Assembly (NCBI GenBank): GCA_046725875.1
Contig: JBKOZJ010000080.1
Location: forward strand, 1 to 55,323
Length of the DNA: 55,323 nt
Direction of reading: 5' to 3'
Source: Actinomycetota bacterium
GTDB lineage: Bacteria > Actinomycetota > Actinomycetes > JAKEEW01
The position numbers and the translations under genes are program-made. Below, piece by piece: positions 9,821-20,725 of this stretch (its first letter is position 1; each line of letters opens with the position of its first letter). Under the pieces are notes generated by a model that was not told the origin of the DNA, made no database searches, and saw nothing but the letters and a program-made list of their open reading frames with translations.

Positions 9821-10726
9821 ATGTCGGGTGTCGATCTGGTGGCTGAGGGCAGCTCAACCAGCCCTGGCGCCACAAGGGTTGCTGTTGTCACCGACTCGAC
9901 CGGTTATCTTCCGGACGAGTTCGTCACGAAGTATGGCATCGACGTCGTGCCGCTCGAGGTCGTGATCGCCGGTCAGGCGTACGACGAGATGACCGAGGCG
10001 GACACCGGGAAGCTCGCCGACGCGCTCCGCCGGCACGTCCCGGTTTCGACGTCACGTCCTGCCCCCGAGGCGTTCGCGAGGGTGTACGAGGCAGCGCACG
10101 AGCGCGGTTGCACTGATGTCGTTTCCGTACACCTCTCCGCGGACATGTCGGGAACGGTGGAGTCGGCCCGCCTGGCGGCGGCCGCGGCCGAGCTTCCGGT
10201 CCACGTGGTCGACTCCAGGGTGCTCGGCCTCGCGCTCGGGTTCGCCGTGGCCTCGGCAGCCGAGGTAGCGATGCGCGGCGGGGAGGCAGGCGAAGTGGCG
10301 GCCGCGGCCGGGGCACGGGCCGCTGCCGCTTCGTCCTATTTCTACGTCGACACGTTGGAATATCTACGGCGCGGCGGCCGGATCGGCGCCGCGCGCGCAC
10401 TGCTGGGCTCCGCGCTCGCCGTCAAGCCGCTGCTTCACATCGAGGATGGGCGGATCGGGCTCTTCGAGAAGGTTCGAACGTCGACGAAGGCGATCCTCCG
10501 GCTGGAGGAGGTTGCCGTTGCGCGCGCCGGTTCCGCGCCAGTCGATGTCGCCGTGCACCATCTCGCCTCCACGGGCCGGGCCGATGCCCTCGCTGCGCGG
10601 CTGCGGCGGCGCCTGCCCGCCCTACGTGACCTGTACGTACGGGAGGTCGGCGCGGTGGTCGGCGCGCATGTTGGCCCCGGGATGCTCGGCGTCGTCATCG
10701 CTCCTCACCTCGACGCCGAGCGATAG
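9821..10726 (+). CDS. DegV family fatty-acid-binding protein
   Basis: VAVVTDST, VSTSRPAP, HLSADMSGT, LEYLRRGGRIG, GAHVGPG. Start uncertain (9779 or 9821). Confidence 0.93.
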   Translation: MSGVDLVAEGSSTSPGATRVAVVTDSTGYLPDEFVTKYGIDVVPLEVVIAGQAYDEMTEADTGKLADALRRHVPVSTSRPAPEAFARVYEAAHERGCTDVVSVHLSADMSGTVESARLAAAAAELPVHVVDSRVLGLALGFAVASAAEVAMRGGEAGEVAAAAGARAAAASSYFYVDTLEYLRRGGRIGAARALLGSALAVKPLLHIEDGRIGLFEKVRTSTKAILRLEEVAVARAGSAPVDVAVHHLASTGRADALAARLRRRLPALRDLYVREVGAVVGAHVGPGMLGVVIAPHLDAER

Positions 10727-10828
10727 TCACCTCGCCTGATCATTGGCAGCTGGTCCCTAACCGGTTATCCACTGCGTCGACATTTCCGGTGGGTTGATCC
10801 ACAGAATGCCGGCTTGCCGTAGCGTCGC

Positions 10829-11623
10829 ATGGCTCGCCGCGACGACGCTCATGGTATGGAGGAGCCGTTTGCTGCTAACCAGGGTTCGCCTGCGGTCCCG
10901 CGGCGAGACAGCGCCGTGCTCCGGTCGGCGATCGTGGACCGGTTGCCGCTCGGGCTGCGCGGTGCACGGTTCGGCTTGACCGCGCGATCGGTGGCGGTCT
11001 TCGTGATCGCCGGGCTCCTGGGCGCGGCGCTCGGGCTGGCATATCTGCTCCGGTCCCGCCCGGCCCAAGTCGATCTGCCACCTCCGGTCGTCGCCGTCTC
11101 GCCGGCGGTGTCCCCGACGGCTGGCGGAGGCGTGCCAGGTGGAGGCGTGCCCGGCCAGCCGCCGCCGACTGATCTCGCCGGCAGCCCAGGTTCGGTTGGA
11201 ACGCACATCGTCGTCGACGTCGAGGGCAAGGTCCGTCGCCCAGGGATCGTGCGGGTCCCCCAGGGCGCGCGCGTTATGGATGCGGTCGAGGCGGCCGGCG
11301 GAATCTTGCCCGGAACCGACACCGCGGCGCTGAACCTCGCCCGGGTACTCGCGGACGGAGAGCAAATTCTTGTCGGCGTGTCGCCGCCGCCCAGGTCGAC
11401 GCCGACCGGCGGACCCTCCGACACCCTGGGCGCTCCGCTCGATCTCAACACCGCGACCCTCGACCAGCTGGAGGAGCTGCCCGGCGTCGGACCGGTCCTT
11501 GCCCAGCGCATCCTCGACTACCGGACGGCGCACGGCCGGTTTAGCTCCGTGGACGAGCTTCGCGAGGTGAGCGGGATCGGCGACCAGCGGTTCGCCGAGC
11601 TCAAGGACTTGGTGCGGGTCTGA
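10829..11623 (+). CDS. comEA: ComEA family DNA-binding competence protein
   Basis: N-terminal TM helix, SLBB domain (VDVEGKVRRPG), HhH domain (LDLNTAT...LPGVGPVLAQRI). Confidence 0.93.
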   Translation: MARRDDAHGMEEPFAANQGSPAVPRRDSAVLRSAIVDRLPLGLRGARFGLTARSVAVFVIAGLLGAALGLAYLLRSRPAQVDLPPPVVAVSPAVSPTAGGGVPGGGVPGQPPPTDLAGSPGSVGTHIVVDVEGKVRRPGIVRVPQGARVMDAVEAAGGILPGTDTAALNLARVLADGEQILVGVSPPPRSTPTGGPSDTLGAPLDLNTATLDQLEELPGVGPVLAQRILDYRTAHGRFSSVDELREVSGIGDQRFAELKDLVRV

Positions 11624-11674
11624 TGCAAGCGAGGCAGTCCGGACCGTGCGGCGACGAATGAACTGCGGCTTTTC

Positions 11675-14152
11675 GTGAACGGGGCCGAGCGCGACATTGC
11701 CGATAGAACCGGGCCCGAAGCACTAGACGCGGTTGCTTCCGCTGGTGATCTGCGGTTGGTGCCGCCCGCCCTGATGGCGTGGGCGGTCGCCTGGATCGTG
11801 CCGGAAATCGGTGCCGCTCCCGGCTTCATCCTCGGACTGATCTTGCTCATTGCCGCCGGGTTAGCTATCGGCACCCACCGGCGACTGCGAAGCGCCAGCG
11901 CATGGTTGCTCGTCGGCGCGCTGATAGTTGGGTCGGCGGTGAGCGTGGCGATGGCGGCGCGAGTCGCCGCGATCGACCGCGGACCGGTCGCAGCCATGAC
12001 AAGTTCCCGTGCCGCGGCGTGGCTCGAGCTGGTTGTGACGAGCGATCCAGAGCCGATCCGCTCGGCGACGTCGCGAGTGGATCGAGTGATGCTTCATGCG
12101 CGGCTCGAACGGGTTCGCTCGACTCGCGTGCGAGTGCCGGTCATCGTGCTGGCCGACGCTGCGTCGTGGCGCGGGGTCGTGCCAAGTTCGAGACTGCGGG
12201 TCTTCGGTCGGTTGGCGAGCCCGCGGCACCGGGACGGGACCGCCGCGGTCGTCTCGGCACGAGGTCGGCCGATCGTCCTTCGCGGTCCGCCGGCGGTTCA
12301 GCGTGCGGCGTCGTCCTTGCGCGCCGGCCTGCACGAGGCGGTCGACGGCTTATCACCCGCGGAGCGCGGCCTGGTCCCGGGCTTGGTCGTCGGTGACACG
12401 TCGCGGATGCAGCCGGAGCTGACCGAGCGCTTTCGGCGCGCCGGGCTCACCCACCTCACGGCGGTGAGCGGTGCGAATCTAATGATCCTCGTCGGATTCT
12501 TACTGGCGGTCACCCACGCGGTGGGCCTGCGGGGCCGGCTGCCGCCCGGGCTAGCCCTGGCGGCGATGGGCGGTTTCGTGGTGCTCGCCCGGCCGCAGCC
12601 CAGCGTGCTGCGGGCCGCCGCAATGGCGACCGTCGTCCTCGCCGCCGTCGCTACCGGTCGCCGGCGGGTCGGGCTGGCGTCTCTGTGCGCGGCCGTGTGC
12701 GTGCTCATCCTGGTCGATCCATGGTTGGCCCGCTCCTATGGGTTCGCGCTCTCGGTCTTGGCAACCTGGGGCATCCTCGTGCTGGCTCCACGCTGGCGAG
12801 ACCGCATTGCTGGCCCGCAGGCGTTCGACGCGGCGGTCGGGGCAGCCCGTGATCCTGGCGATGCGGCCGACCTTCAGCCGAGTAGGTTCGGTCGGCGGGT
12901 GCGCGCGCTCGCGGCAGGCGCGATAGCGGTACCGGCGGCCGCACAGGTTGCGTGCCTGCCCGTGGTCGTCATGCTGACGGGGCAGGTCAGTCTGGTCGCC
13001 GTTGTCGCCAACCTGCTGGCGGCTCCCGCGGTTGCCCCCACCACCGTTCTCGGCCTGCTTGCGGCGGTGGCGTCACCACTCTCAGCTGCCCTGGCCCGGA
13101 TGGTCGGCCAGCTCGCCGGTTATCCGGCCAGATGGATCGTAGCCGTGGCGGAAACCTTCGCCGACCTTCCCGGCGCCGTCTTCCCATGGCGGAGCGGTCT
13201 GCCGGGCGCGCTCACCGTCGCCGCGGCACTCGCGGCCGGCGCAGTCCTCATCCGCCACCTGTGCCGCCGCCCCGCCGTGCTGGTCGCGCTGTCGGTGTTC
13301 GTCGCCGCCCTGGTGGTGCGGCCTGCCAGCGTGTCTGGTTGGCCACCGAACGGCTGGTTCGTCGTCGCGTGCGACATCGGCCAGGGCGATGCCCTGGTCC
13401 TAAAGGTCGGCGACAGCAGCGCGGTCCTTGTCGATGCCGGTCCCGATCCTCGCCCGGTCGACCGCTGCCTGCGTGATTTGGGGGTACGGAGCCTTCCGAT
13501 GGTCGTACTTACCCATTTTCATGCCGACCACGTCGCCGGGCTTCCTGGCGTACTCGATGGGCGGCATGTGGGCGAGATCGTCGTGAGCCCACTCGACGAC
13601 CCGCCCGAGAACGCCGTGCACGTACGGCGGTGGGCGGCTCGCTCCGGAGTGCGAGTCCGGGCCGCCGTGGCTGGTGAGGTCTGGCGGGTCGGTGACGCGA
13701 CGGTCACGGTCCTTGGGCCGCGGGTCTTGCTCGGCGGTGGCCAGGTGGACGGCGAGGGCTCGGCGGCGAACAACGCCAGCATCGTGCTGCTCGCGGAGGT
13801 CAATCACACCCGGGTATTGCTTACCGGCGACATCGAGCCGCCGGCGCAGGCGGCACTGCTCGCGTCCGGGCGGGACCGGCTCCGTGCCGACGTCTACAAA
13901 GTTCCGCATCACGGCTCGGCAAACCAGGACGCGGATCTGCTTGGTGCGGTTCAGCCGCGGGTCGCGTTGATCTCGGTTGGTGCCGGAAACGACTACGGTC
14001 AGCCCGCTCCGCGTACGGTGTCGTCGCTCACGGACCACGGGATCATGGTTCTGCGTACCGATGAGCATGGCGACGTTGCGGTCATCAGCAGCAGCGGCGG
14101 ACCCGGCGGCAGGGGAGTCCTCGGAGCTGTATCCCGCGGCCGCTCGCCCTGA
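11675..14152 (+). CDS. comEC: ComEC/Rec2 competence protein
   Basis: GLTHLTAVSGAN, PSVLRAA, metallo-beta-lactamase DIGQGD, THFHADH, KVPHHGS. Confidence 0.95.
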   Translation: MNGAERDIADRTGPEALDAVASAGDLRLVPPALMAWAVAWIVPEIGAAPGFILGLILLIAAGLAIGTHRRLRSASAWLLVGALIVGSAVSVAMAARVAAIDRGPVAAMTSSRAAAWLELVVTSDPEPIRSATSRVDRVMLHARLERVRSTRVRVPVIVLADAASWRGVVPSSRLRVFGRLASPRHRDGTAAVVSARGRPIVLRGPPAVQRAASSLRAGLHEAVDGLSPAERGLVPGLVVGDTSRMQPELTERFRRAGLTHLTAVSGANLMILVGFLLAVTHAVGLRGRLPPGLALAAMGGFVVLARPQPSVLRAAAMATVVLAAVATGRRRVGLASLCAAVCVLILVDPWLARSYGFALSVLATWGILVLAPRWRDRIAGPQAFDAAVGAARDPGDAADLQPSRFGRRVRALAAGAIAVPAAAQVACLPVVVMLTGQVSLVAVVANLLAAPAVAPTTVLGLLAAVASPLSAALARMVGQLAGYPARWIVAVAETFADLPGAVFPWRSGLPGALTVAAALAAGAVLIRHLCRRPAVLVALSVFVAALVVRPASVSGWPPNGWFVVACDIGQGDALVLKVGDSSAVLVDAGPDPRPVDRCLRDLGVRSLPMVVLTHFHADHVAGLPGVLDGRHVGEIVVSPLDDPPENAVHVRRWAARSGVRVRAAVAGEVWRVGDATVTVLGPRVLLGGGQVDGEGSAANNASIVLLAEVNHTRVLLTGDIEPPAQAALLASGRDRLRADVYKVPHHGSANQDADLLGAVQPRVALISVGAGNDYGQPAPRTVSSLTDHGIMVLRTDEHGDVAVISSSGGPGGRGVLGAVSRGRSP

Positions 14153-14218
14153 GCCGCAGCGCCGCCGGTGCCGGTCGGGTGCCCAATCCTGTCGGGCGAG
14201 CGTGACATGCTTGGCCGC

Positions 14219-15184
14219 ATGCCGGCGACGGAAGCCACGCCATCAGTGACTCTTGTGGTGGGGCCAGAGGAGTTCCTCGCCCAGCGAGCGATCGACCGGT
14301 TGATCGAGGCCGTGCGCGCCGCCGACCCCGATGCCGACGTGCACGACTTGCCGGCAAGTGCGCTGATGCCGGGGATGCTGGCGAATCTCACCAGCCCCTC
14401 GCTGTTCGCCATCCGGTCGGTCGTGATCGTTCGCGATTTGCAGGAGCTGCCGCCGGCCGTGGGCCCCGAGCTGACTGCGTACGTCGCCGCGCCAGAGGCG
14501 GCGGTCGCCCTCGTCCTCGTACACAACGGCGGTCCCAAGGGAAAGCAGCTCCTCGAAGCGGCCAGGGCAGGAGATGCGGCGCTGATCAACTGCGACGAGC
14601 TGCGGCGATACTCCGACAAGATCGCTTTCATCCGCGCTGAGATCCGAACCACGGGCCGGCAGCTCACCGAGGACGCCGCGCGCGCCTTGCTCGATGCCGT
14701 GGGTGGCGATCTACGCGAGCTTGCGAATGCGTGCAGTCAGCTAGTGAGCGACACCATCGGGGTGATCGACGACGCTCTCGTGCGCCGTTACTATGCGGGC
14801 CGGGCCGAGGTTACGAGCTTCATGGTCGCCGACAACGCCGTCGAGGGTCGGCTTGGGGAAGCGCTGGCGAACCTCCGCTGGGCGCTTGGTTCCGGCGTCG
14901 ACCCAGTCCTCGTAACAAGCGCTCTGGCCATGGGGCTCCGGAACATCGCGAAGTTCGGCGGCGCGCCGCGCGGGCTCGGGCGGGCCGATCTGGCGCGTGA
15001 GCTCGGCCTCCCGTCGTGGAAAGTGGACCGGCTTCGTCACCAGGTTCGCGGCTGGAGCCCGCAGGGCGTGGCGGCAGCCCTGCATGCTGTCGCCGAGGCG
15101 GACATGGCCGTGAAGGGTGCTACTACGAGCGCGGACTATGCGCTGGAGCGTGCCGTCATCTCGATCGCTCGCGCCCGCCGTTAG
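14219..15184 (+). CDS. holA: DNA polymerase III subunit delta
   Basis: LTSPSLF, VGGDLRELANACSQL; conserved comEC-holA-rpsT synteny. Start uncertain. Confidence 0.92.
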   Translation: MPATEATPSVTLVVGPEEFLAQRAIDRLIEAVRAADPDADVHDLPASALMPGMLANLTSPSLFAIRSVVIVRDLQELPPAVGPELTAYVAAPEAAVALVLVHNGGPKGKQLLEAARAGDAALINCDELRRYSDKIAFIRAEIRTTGRQLTEDAARALLDAVGGDLRELANACSQLVSDTIGVIDDALVRRYYAGRAEVTSFMVADNAVEGRLGEALANLRWALGSGVDPVLVTSALAMGLRNIAKFGGAPRGLGRADLARELGLPSWKVDRLRHQVRGWSPQGVAAALHAVAEADMAVKGATTSADYALERAVISIARARR

Positions 15185-15312
15185 CCAGTCGGAGCCGGCG
15201 CGTTCCCCGCCGAACGAACCGCCGGTCGGAACGAGTCGACGTGCGGCGCTTCGACGGCCGTCGGGGCGTGCCTCCGCCTGGCACGCATTAGATGTGCCGG
15301 GCAGGGTCAGCC

Positions 15313-15573
15313 TCAGCGGGCGGTGGCCTTCTTGGCGATGGCGGACTTCTTGTTGGCAGCCTGGTTCCGGTGGATGACGCCCTTGCTGACCGCCCTGTCG
15401 AGCTTGCGGGACGCCTCCCTCATCAGCTCGCTGGCCCGCTCGGTGTCGCCGGCGTCGGCGGCCTCCCGGAACTTGCGGATGGCAGTCTTCGCCGAGGACT
15501 TGACGCCCTTGTTCCGGAGGCGGGCGGCCTCGTTCTGCTTGTTCCGCTTGATCTGGGACTTGATGTTCGCCAC
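15313..15573 (-). CDS. rpsT: 30S ribosomal protein S20
   Basis: [15 protein letters not shown]...[14 protein letters not shown]. Confidence 0.98.
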   Translation of the reverse strand: MANIKSQIKRNKQNEAARLRNKGVKSSAKTAIRKFREAADAGDTERASELMREASRKLDRAVSKGVIHRNQAANKKSAIAKKATAR

Positions 15574-15875
15574 AGCCGTGCCTCAGTCGTAAGTAAGGTG
15601 GATTCTGGAGCGCGAGCCTACTCGGCAGCCGCGCCGCGCGAGCGCTCAGCCTACCAAGATTCCCGACCTGCCTCCAACTCAGCCGAGCGTTAGGAACGCG
15701 CTGCCTCGCCCACCCGGCTGGGTCCCGGGCCGGGCAGGCGAACCATCGCCCGCCTCCGCTGTGCGACCATGGGCTTCAACGGTCCAGGGGCGAACTCTGG
15801 GACCAAGCCCACCCATGACCAACCGACGCGCCCTGCCCAGCGCGTCCTGAAGAGACCTGTGCAGGACGTTAAGCC

Positions 15876-17858
15876 TTGCCCGCCATCGAGAGCCCAGGGG
15901 GGCGATCCCCGGGAGTCCCCGCAGAGCAGAGTCCCGGGGGACCACCGCGTGCGACCTCGACAGCCAAGAGCCTTCGGGGACGGCCCTCTGGAACCCCCGC
16001 GGGCAACAGTGAGGCCGCCGGGGCACCTGCGCCGTGCCGGACCGATCCGGCAGCGATCCGCAACTTCTGCATCATCGCCCACATCGACCACGGCAAATCG
16101 ACGCTCGCCGACCGAATGCTCCAGCTCACGGGTGTGGTCGAGGAGCGCCAGATGCGCGCTCAGTATCTCGACCGGATGGACATCGAGCGGGAACGCGGCA
16201 TCACGATCAAGAGCCAGGCGGTCCGGTTGCCCTGGACCGCCGCCGACGGGCGAACCTACGTTCTGAATTTGATCGACACGCCCGGCCACGTCGACTTCAC
16301 GTACGAGGTCTCGCGCAGCCTCGCCGCCTGCGAAGGCGCCGTCCTGCTCGTCGACGCGGCCCAAGGGATCGAGGCGCAAACGCTGGCCAACCTATACCTG
16401 GCGCTCGAGAACGACCTGCACATCATCCCGGTCCTTAACAAGATCGACCTGCCGGCGGCGCAGCCCGATAAGTACGCCGCCGAACTCGCTCACGTGATCG
16501 GCTGCGCGCCCGAGGACGTCCTGCGGGTCTCCGCGAAGACCGGAGAGGGTGTCGAGGACCTACTAAACCACCTGGTCGCCGAGATCCCACCGCCGGTCGG
16601 TGACCCGGAGGCGCCCGCCCGGGCCCTGATCTTCGACTCGGTGTACGACAGCTATCGAGGGGTCGTGACCTACGTGCGGGTCGTCGACGGCCACCTGTCC
16701 GCCCGTGAACGCGTGCTGATGATGTCGACCCGGGCGTCGCACGAGATGCTCGAGGTCGGGGTTATTTCCCCGGAGCCGCGCAAGGCGGAGGGACTGGGCG
16801 TCGGCGAGGTCGGCTACCTGATGACCGGCGTAAAAGACGTGCGGCAGTCGCGGGTCGGCGACACGGTCACCTCCGCCGGGCGACCCGCCACCACGCCGCT
16901 CGGCGGGTATAAGGACCCGAAGCCGATGGTGTTCTCCGGGCTCTACCCGCTCGACGGCTCCGACTTTCCCGACCTTCGGGACGCGCTGGACAAGCTGCGG
17001 CTCAACGACGCGGCGCTGGTCTACGAGCCCGAGACATCGGCCGCACTCGGCTTCGGTTTCCGCTGCGGTTTCCTCGGTCTCCTGCACATGGAGATCGTGC
17101 GCGAGCGTCTGGAACGGGAGTTCGACCTGGACCTCATCTCCACCGCTCCGAACGTGGTGTACCGCGTGATCATGGAGGACGGGACTGAGCACGTGGTGAC
17201 CAACCCATCCGAGTTCCCCGCCGGCAAGATCGCGAAGGTGTACGAACCGGTGGTCCGCGCCACGATCCTCGCCCCGAGCGAGTACGTCGGCGCAATCATC
17301 GAGCTGTGCCAGTCCCGGCGCGGCATGCTGCTCGGCATGGACTACCTCTCGGTCGATCGCGTCGAGATCCGCTATACGTTGCCGCTATCCGAGATCGTCT
17401 TCGACTTCTTCGACCAGCTCAAGTCGAAGACTCGCGGCTACGCCTCCCTGGACTACGAGCCGACCGGCGAGCAGGAAGCAGCGCTGGTGAAGGTGGACAT
17501 TCTGCTACAAGGAGAGCCGGTGGACGCTTTCTCGGCGATCGTTCACAAGGACAAGGCGTACGGCTACGGCGTCTCGATGGCACAGCGGCTCAAGGAGCTG
17601 ATCCCCCGCCAGCAGTTCGAGGTGCCGATCCAGGCCGTCATCGGCTCGCGCGTCATCGCACGGGAGAACATCCGGCCGATGCGCAAGGACGTGCTCGCCA
17701 AGTGCTATGGCGGCGACATCACGCGGAAGCGGAAACTGCTGGAAAGGCAGAAGGAAGGCAAGAAGCGGATGAAGATGGTCGGCCGGGTCGAGGTGCCACA
17801 GGAGGCCTTCATCGCCGCGCTGACCACCGAGGCCGATGCGGCCAAGCCGAAGTCCTGA
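15876..17858 (+). CDS. lepA: translation elongation factor 4 (LepA) with N-terminal repeat insertion
   Basis: [43 protein letters not shown] start behind AGGA. Confidence 0.98.
   Translation: MPAIESPGGRSPGVPAEQSPGGPPRATSTAKSLRGRPSGTPAGNSEAAGAPAPCRTDPAAIRNFCIIAHIDHGKSTLADRMLQLTGVVEERQMRAQYLDRMDIERERGITIKSQAVRLPWTAADGRTYVLNLIDTPGHVDFTYEVSRSLAACEGAVLLVDAAQGIEAQTLANLYLALENDLHIIPVLNKIDLPAAQPDKYAAELAHVIGCAPEDVLRVSAKTGEGVEDLLNHLVAEIPPPVGDPEAPARALIFDSVYDSYRGVVTYVRVVDGHLSARERVLMMSTRASHEMLEVGVISPEPRKAEGLGVGEVGYLMTGVKDVRQSRVGDTVTSAGRPATTPLGGYKDPKPMVFSGLYPLDGSDFPDLRDALDKLRLNDAALVYEPETSAALGFGFRCGFLGLLHMEIVRERLEREFDLDLISTAPNVVYRVIMEDGTEHVVTNPSEFPAGKIAKVYEPVVRATILAPSEYVGAIIELCQSRRGMLLGMDYLSVDRVEIRYTLPLSEIVFDFFDQLKSKTRGYASLDYEPTGEQEAALVKVDILLQGEPVDAFSAIVHKDKAYGYGVSMAQRLKELIPRQQFEVPIQAVIGSRVIARENIRPMRKDVLAKCYGGDITRKRKLLERQKEGKKRMKMVGRVEVPQEAFIAALTTEADAAKPKS
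15890..16006 (+). repeat. three degenerate 39-bp tandem units inside the lepA 5' end
   Basis: Units start at 15890, 15929 and 15968 (GAG-Y-C...G-run...C-run...CG); peptide [13 protein letters not shown] / [13 protein letters not shown] / [13 protein letters not shown]. Confidence 0.7.
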
Positions 17859-17931
17859 CCGTTGGAGCATTGATCATCCTGCGAATGACCAGTCGGCCGG
17901 GGTGTCGGTACTGGGCACTAGGGTTGCCCTC

Positions 17932-18603
17932 GTGATGACAGGGCGGGTTGTATCGGTCAACGCGGGGGTTGAGGAGCCGGTGCCATGGGGGAGTTCCGGG
18001 CGTTCGGCGATCGACAAGCGGCCGCAGGATGGCCCGGTCCGGGTAACCGTGCGTGGCTTGGTGAGCGATGCGCAGGCCAACCGCGCCGCGCATGGGAGCA
18101 CCGAGCAGGCGGTGTACGCGTACGCCCGAGAGGATCTCGACCACTGGGCCGCGAAGCTCGGGCGCGAGCTGCGCAACGGGCAGTTCGGAGAGAACCTCAC
18201 CGTCGCCGGCGTGGAGCTGACCCACGCAACCGTGGGAGAGCGGTGGCGAATCGGCTCGGTCCTCATCGAGCTCAACAATCCGCGCATCCCGTGCTCCACC
18301 TTCCAGGGCTTCATGGGTGAGCCACAGTGGGTCAAGCGGTTCACCGAGGAGGGCAGGCCCGGCGGATACTTCCGGGTGCTCGAGGAGGGCGAGATACGGG
18401 CCGGTGACAAGATCGACATCGAGCACCGCCCCGACCACGGCGTGACGCTGCAGCAGGTCTTCCGGGCATTGACCGGCGATCGTGAACTCGTACACCTCCT
18501 CCTCGTCGCCCCGGAACTCCAGGAGAGGAGCCGCCAATACGCCCGCCGCATCCTCGACCCGGCCGCCTCATCACCATCTGGGCAGCAGCGACGCACCGCC
18601 TAA
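17932..18603 (+). CDS. MOSC domain protein (YiiM-like)
   Basis: SAIDKRP, HGSTEQAVYAY, GQFGENLT, PRIPCSTF, RPGGYFRVLEEG. Confidence 0.9.
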   Translation: MMTGRVVSVNAGVEEPVPWGSSGRSAIDKRPQDGPVRVTVRGLVSDAQANRAAHGSTEQAVYAYAREDLDHWAAKLGRELRNGQFGENLTVAGVELTHATVGERWRIGSVLIELNNPRIPCSTFQGFMGEPQWVKRFTEEGRPGGYFRVLEEGEIRAGDKIDIEHRPDHGVTLQQVFRALTGDRELVHLLLVAPELQERSRQYARRILDPAASSPSGQQRRTA

Positions 18604-18643
18604 CCGCGATGACGCCGCGCTTCAGGGTCTCACCCTTCGGCCG

Positions 18644-18669
18644 CTTCAGGCGGGCCTGACTGCCTGAAG
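18644..18669 (+). terminator. hairpin downstream of MOSC gene
   Basis: CTTCAGGCGG / CTGCCTGAAG 10-bp stem (one G-U), 6-nt loop. Confidence 0.4.
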
Positions 18670-18895
18670 GCTTGCTAACAACCTGCCGCCGACCCGGGCT
18701 CCCGGCCGGGCCGCACGGGTCCGGTCGCGGTCGGTACGGGTCTTCCCAGGTCCGCTACTCGTCCGTAACATCACCGCCAGGTCGGACGATCAGCACGCGA
18801 ACCGCGTTCCGAGGGACACTTGTCGGGCCGGTCGGGTACGGGCGTCGGCTGGCGGATGCGATGGATGGCGTGCGGCGGATAGGAGTCGTGGCAGT

Positions 18896-20725
18896 GTGAC
18901 CGAGAACATGGAGCGCATCGAGAACCGGCCGCCGTCGGTGGCGAAGCTCTTTTGGGACAGGGTTGCCGCAACTCCCGGTCGGGAGGCGTTCCGGAAGCCC
19001 GCTGGCGACGGATGGACCTCATACACCTGGCAGGAGACGGGCGAGCGGGTGCGCGACCTCGCCGCCGGCCTGCTCGCCCTCGGCATCCAGCCCGAGGATC
19101 GGGTCGGGATCGCGAGCAGCACGCGGGTTGAGTGGATCTTTGCAGACCTGGCGATTATGTCCGCCGGTGCGGCAACGACGACGATCTACCCCACCACGCC
19201 ATCCGCCGACGTTTCGTTTATCTTGAGCGACTCGGACAGCCGGGCGGTCTTCGCCGAGGACGACGCCCAAATCGCAAAGATTCGGGAGCATCGGGCCGAG
19301 CTGCCGTCGCTGGAGAAGGTCATCACCTTCGACGGGACGCCCGACGGCGAGTTCGTCATAACCCTCGACGAGCTGGCCGAGCAGGGCCGCAAGCTGCTCG
19401 CGGACCGGCCGAACGCCGTCGAGAAGGCAAGCGCCGCAGTCGGCCCGGAGACCCTCGCCACGGTCATGTACACGTCGGGGACCACTGGCCGGCCGAAGGG
19501 CGTGCGCCTGGTCAACGACTGCTGGGTGTACGAAGGCGTGGCGGTGGCGTCCACGGGGATCTTGCGCCCGGATGATGTCCAGTATCTCTGGCTGCCGCTG
19601 TCCCACTCCTTTGGCAAGGTGCTTCTAGCTACCCAGCTCGCGGTCGGGATGTCGTCAGCGGTCGACGGCGAGATCTCTCGGCTTGTGGAGAACCTGGCCG
19701 TGGTCAGGCCGACCTTCATGGCCGGCGCGCCACGGATCTTCGAGAAGGTGTACGCGCGGGTGCTGGCCTCGGTCGAGGAGGAAGGTGGCCTCAAGCTCAA
19801 GATCTTCAACTGGGCATTCGCGGTTGGCAAGCAGTACTCCGCCGAGGACCGTGCCGGGCGCAAGCCGAGCGCCCTGCTCGCAGCCCGGCAGCGGATTGCG
19901 GACAGGCTGGTGTTCTCGAAGCTGCGCAAGCGGTTCGGCGGCCAGATCCGTTTCTTCGTCTCAGGTGCCGCGCCGCTGTCGAAGGACATCGCTGAGTGGT
20001 TCCACGCCGCCGGGATCGTGATCCTCGAGGGCTACGGGCTCACCGAGTCGTCGGCGGGCACGTTCGTCAACCGCCCCGGCAACCCGAGGCTGGGCACGGT
20101 CGGCCAGGTGTTCGGCGGTACCGAGGTCCGGATTGCCGAGGACGGCGAGGTGCTCCTGCGCGGCCCGGGTGTGATGCGCGGCTACCACAACCTCCCGGAG
20201 GAGACCGCCGAGGCACTCGACCCCGATGGCTGGCTGCACACCGGCGACGTCGGCGAGCTCGACGACGAGGGCTTCCTGCGGATCACCGACCGCAAGAAGG
20301 ATCTGATCAAGACGTCGGGCGGCAAGTACGTCGCCCCGCAGCACCTCGAGGTGCTGTTCAAGGCGGTCTGTCCCTATGTGAGCCAAATCGTCGTCCATGG
20401 TGACCAGCGGAACTACTGCACCGCCCTGATTGCGGTCGATTCCGAGGCGATCGTTCCGTGGGCCGAACACAATGGCCTCGCCGACCTTCCGTACGAAGCG
20501 CTTGTGCAGCGGTCCGAGCTGCGGGAGATGCTCGCCGCGCACGTGAAGGAGCTCAACGACCGGCTCGCCCGCTGGGAGACGATCAAGGACTTTGTAGTCC
20601 TGCCGACCGATCTGACCATCGAGAGTGGTGAGCTCACGCCGAGCCTGAAGGTGAAGCGCCGAGTGGTCGAGCAGAAGTACGGCGACCTGCTGGACGGGAT
20701 GTACACCAAGCCCGCGCCGCAGTAA
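18896..20725 (+). CDS. long-chain fatty acid--CoA ligase (AMP-dependent synthetase)
   Basis: YTSGTTGRPKG, EGYGLTE, GWLHTGD, DRKKDLIKTSGGKYVAP, ELTPSLKVKR. Confidence 0.93.
   Translation: MTENMERIENRPPSVAKLFWDRVAATPGREAFRKPAGDGWTSYTWQETGERVRDLAAGLLALGIQPEDRVGIASSTRVEWIFADLAIMSAGAATTTIYPTTPSADVSFILSDSDSRAVFAEDDAQIAKIREHRAELPSLEKVITFDGTPDGEFVITLDELAEQGRKLLADRPNAVEKASAAVGPETLATVMYTSGTTGRPKGVRLVNDCWVYEGVAVASTGILRPDDVQYLWLPLSHSFGKVLLATQLAVGMSSAVDGEISRLVENLAVVRPTFMAGAPRIFEKVYARVLASVEEEGGLKLKIFNWAFAVGKQYSAEDRAGRKPSALLAARQRIADRLVFSKLRKRFGGQIRFFVSGAAPLSKDIAEWFHAAGIVILEGYGLTESSAGTFVNRPGNPRLGTVGQVFGGTEVRIAEDGEVLLRGPGVMRGYHNLPEETAEALDPDGWLHTGDVGELDDEGFLRITDRKKDLIKTSGGKYVAPQHLEVLFKAVCPYVSQIVVHGDQRNYCTALIAVDSEAIVPWAEHNGLADLPYEALVQRSELREMLAAHVKELNDRLARWETIKDFVVLPTDLTIESGELTPSLKVKRRVVEQKYGDLLDGMYTKPAPQ

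Noticed and set aside
11123..11152. 15-bp duplication (GGGVP x2) in comEA
   Set aside because: Ordinary slippage within a variable Pro/Gly linker.
18730..18842. Recurring GGTACGGG/CCCGTAC words near 18733, 18835, 20800, 20842 and 46475
   Set aside because: Short and GC-rich with inconsistent spacing; cannot be told from compositional bias without a count.
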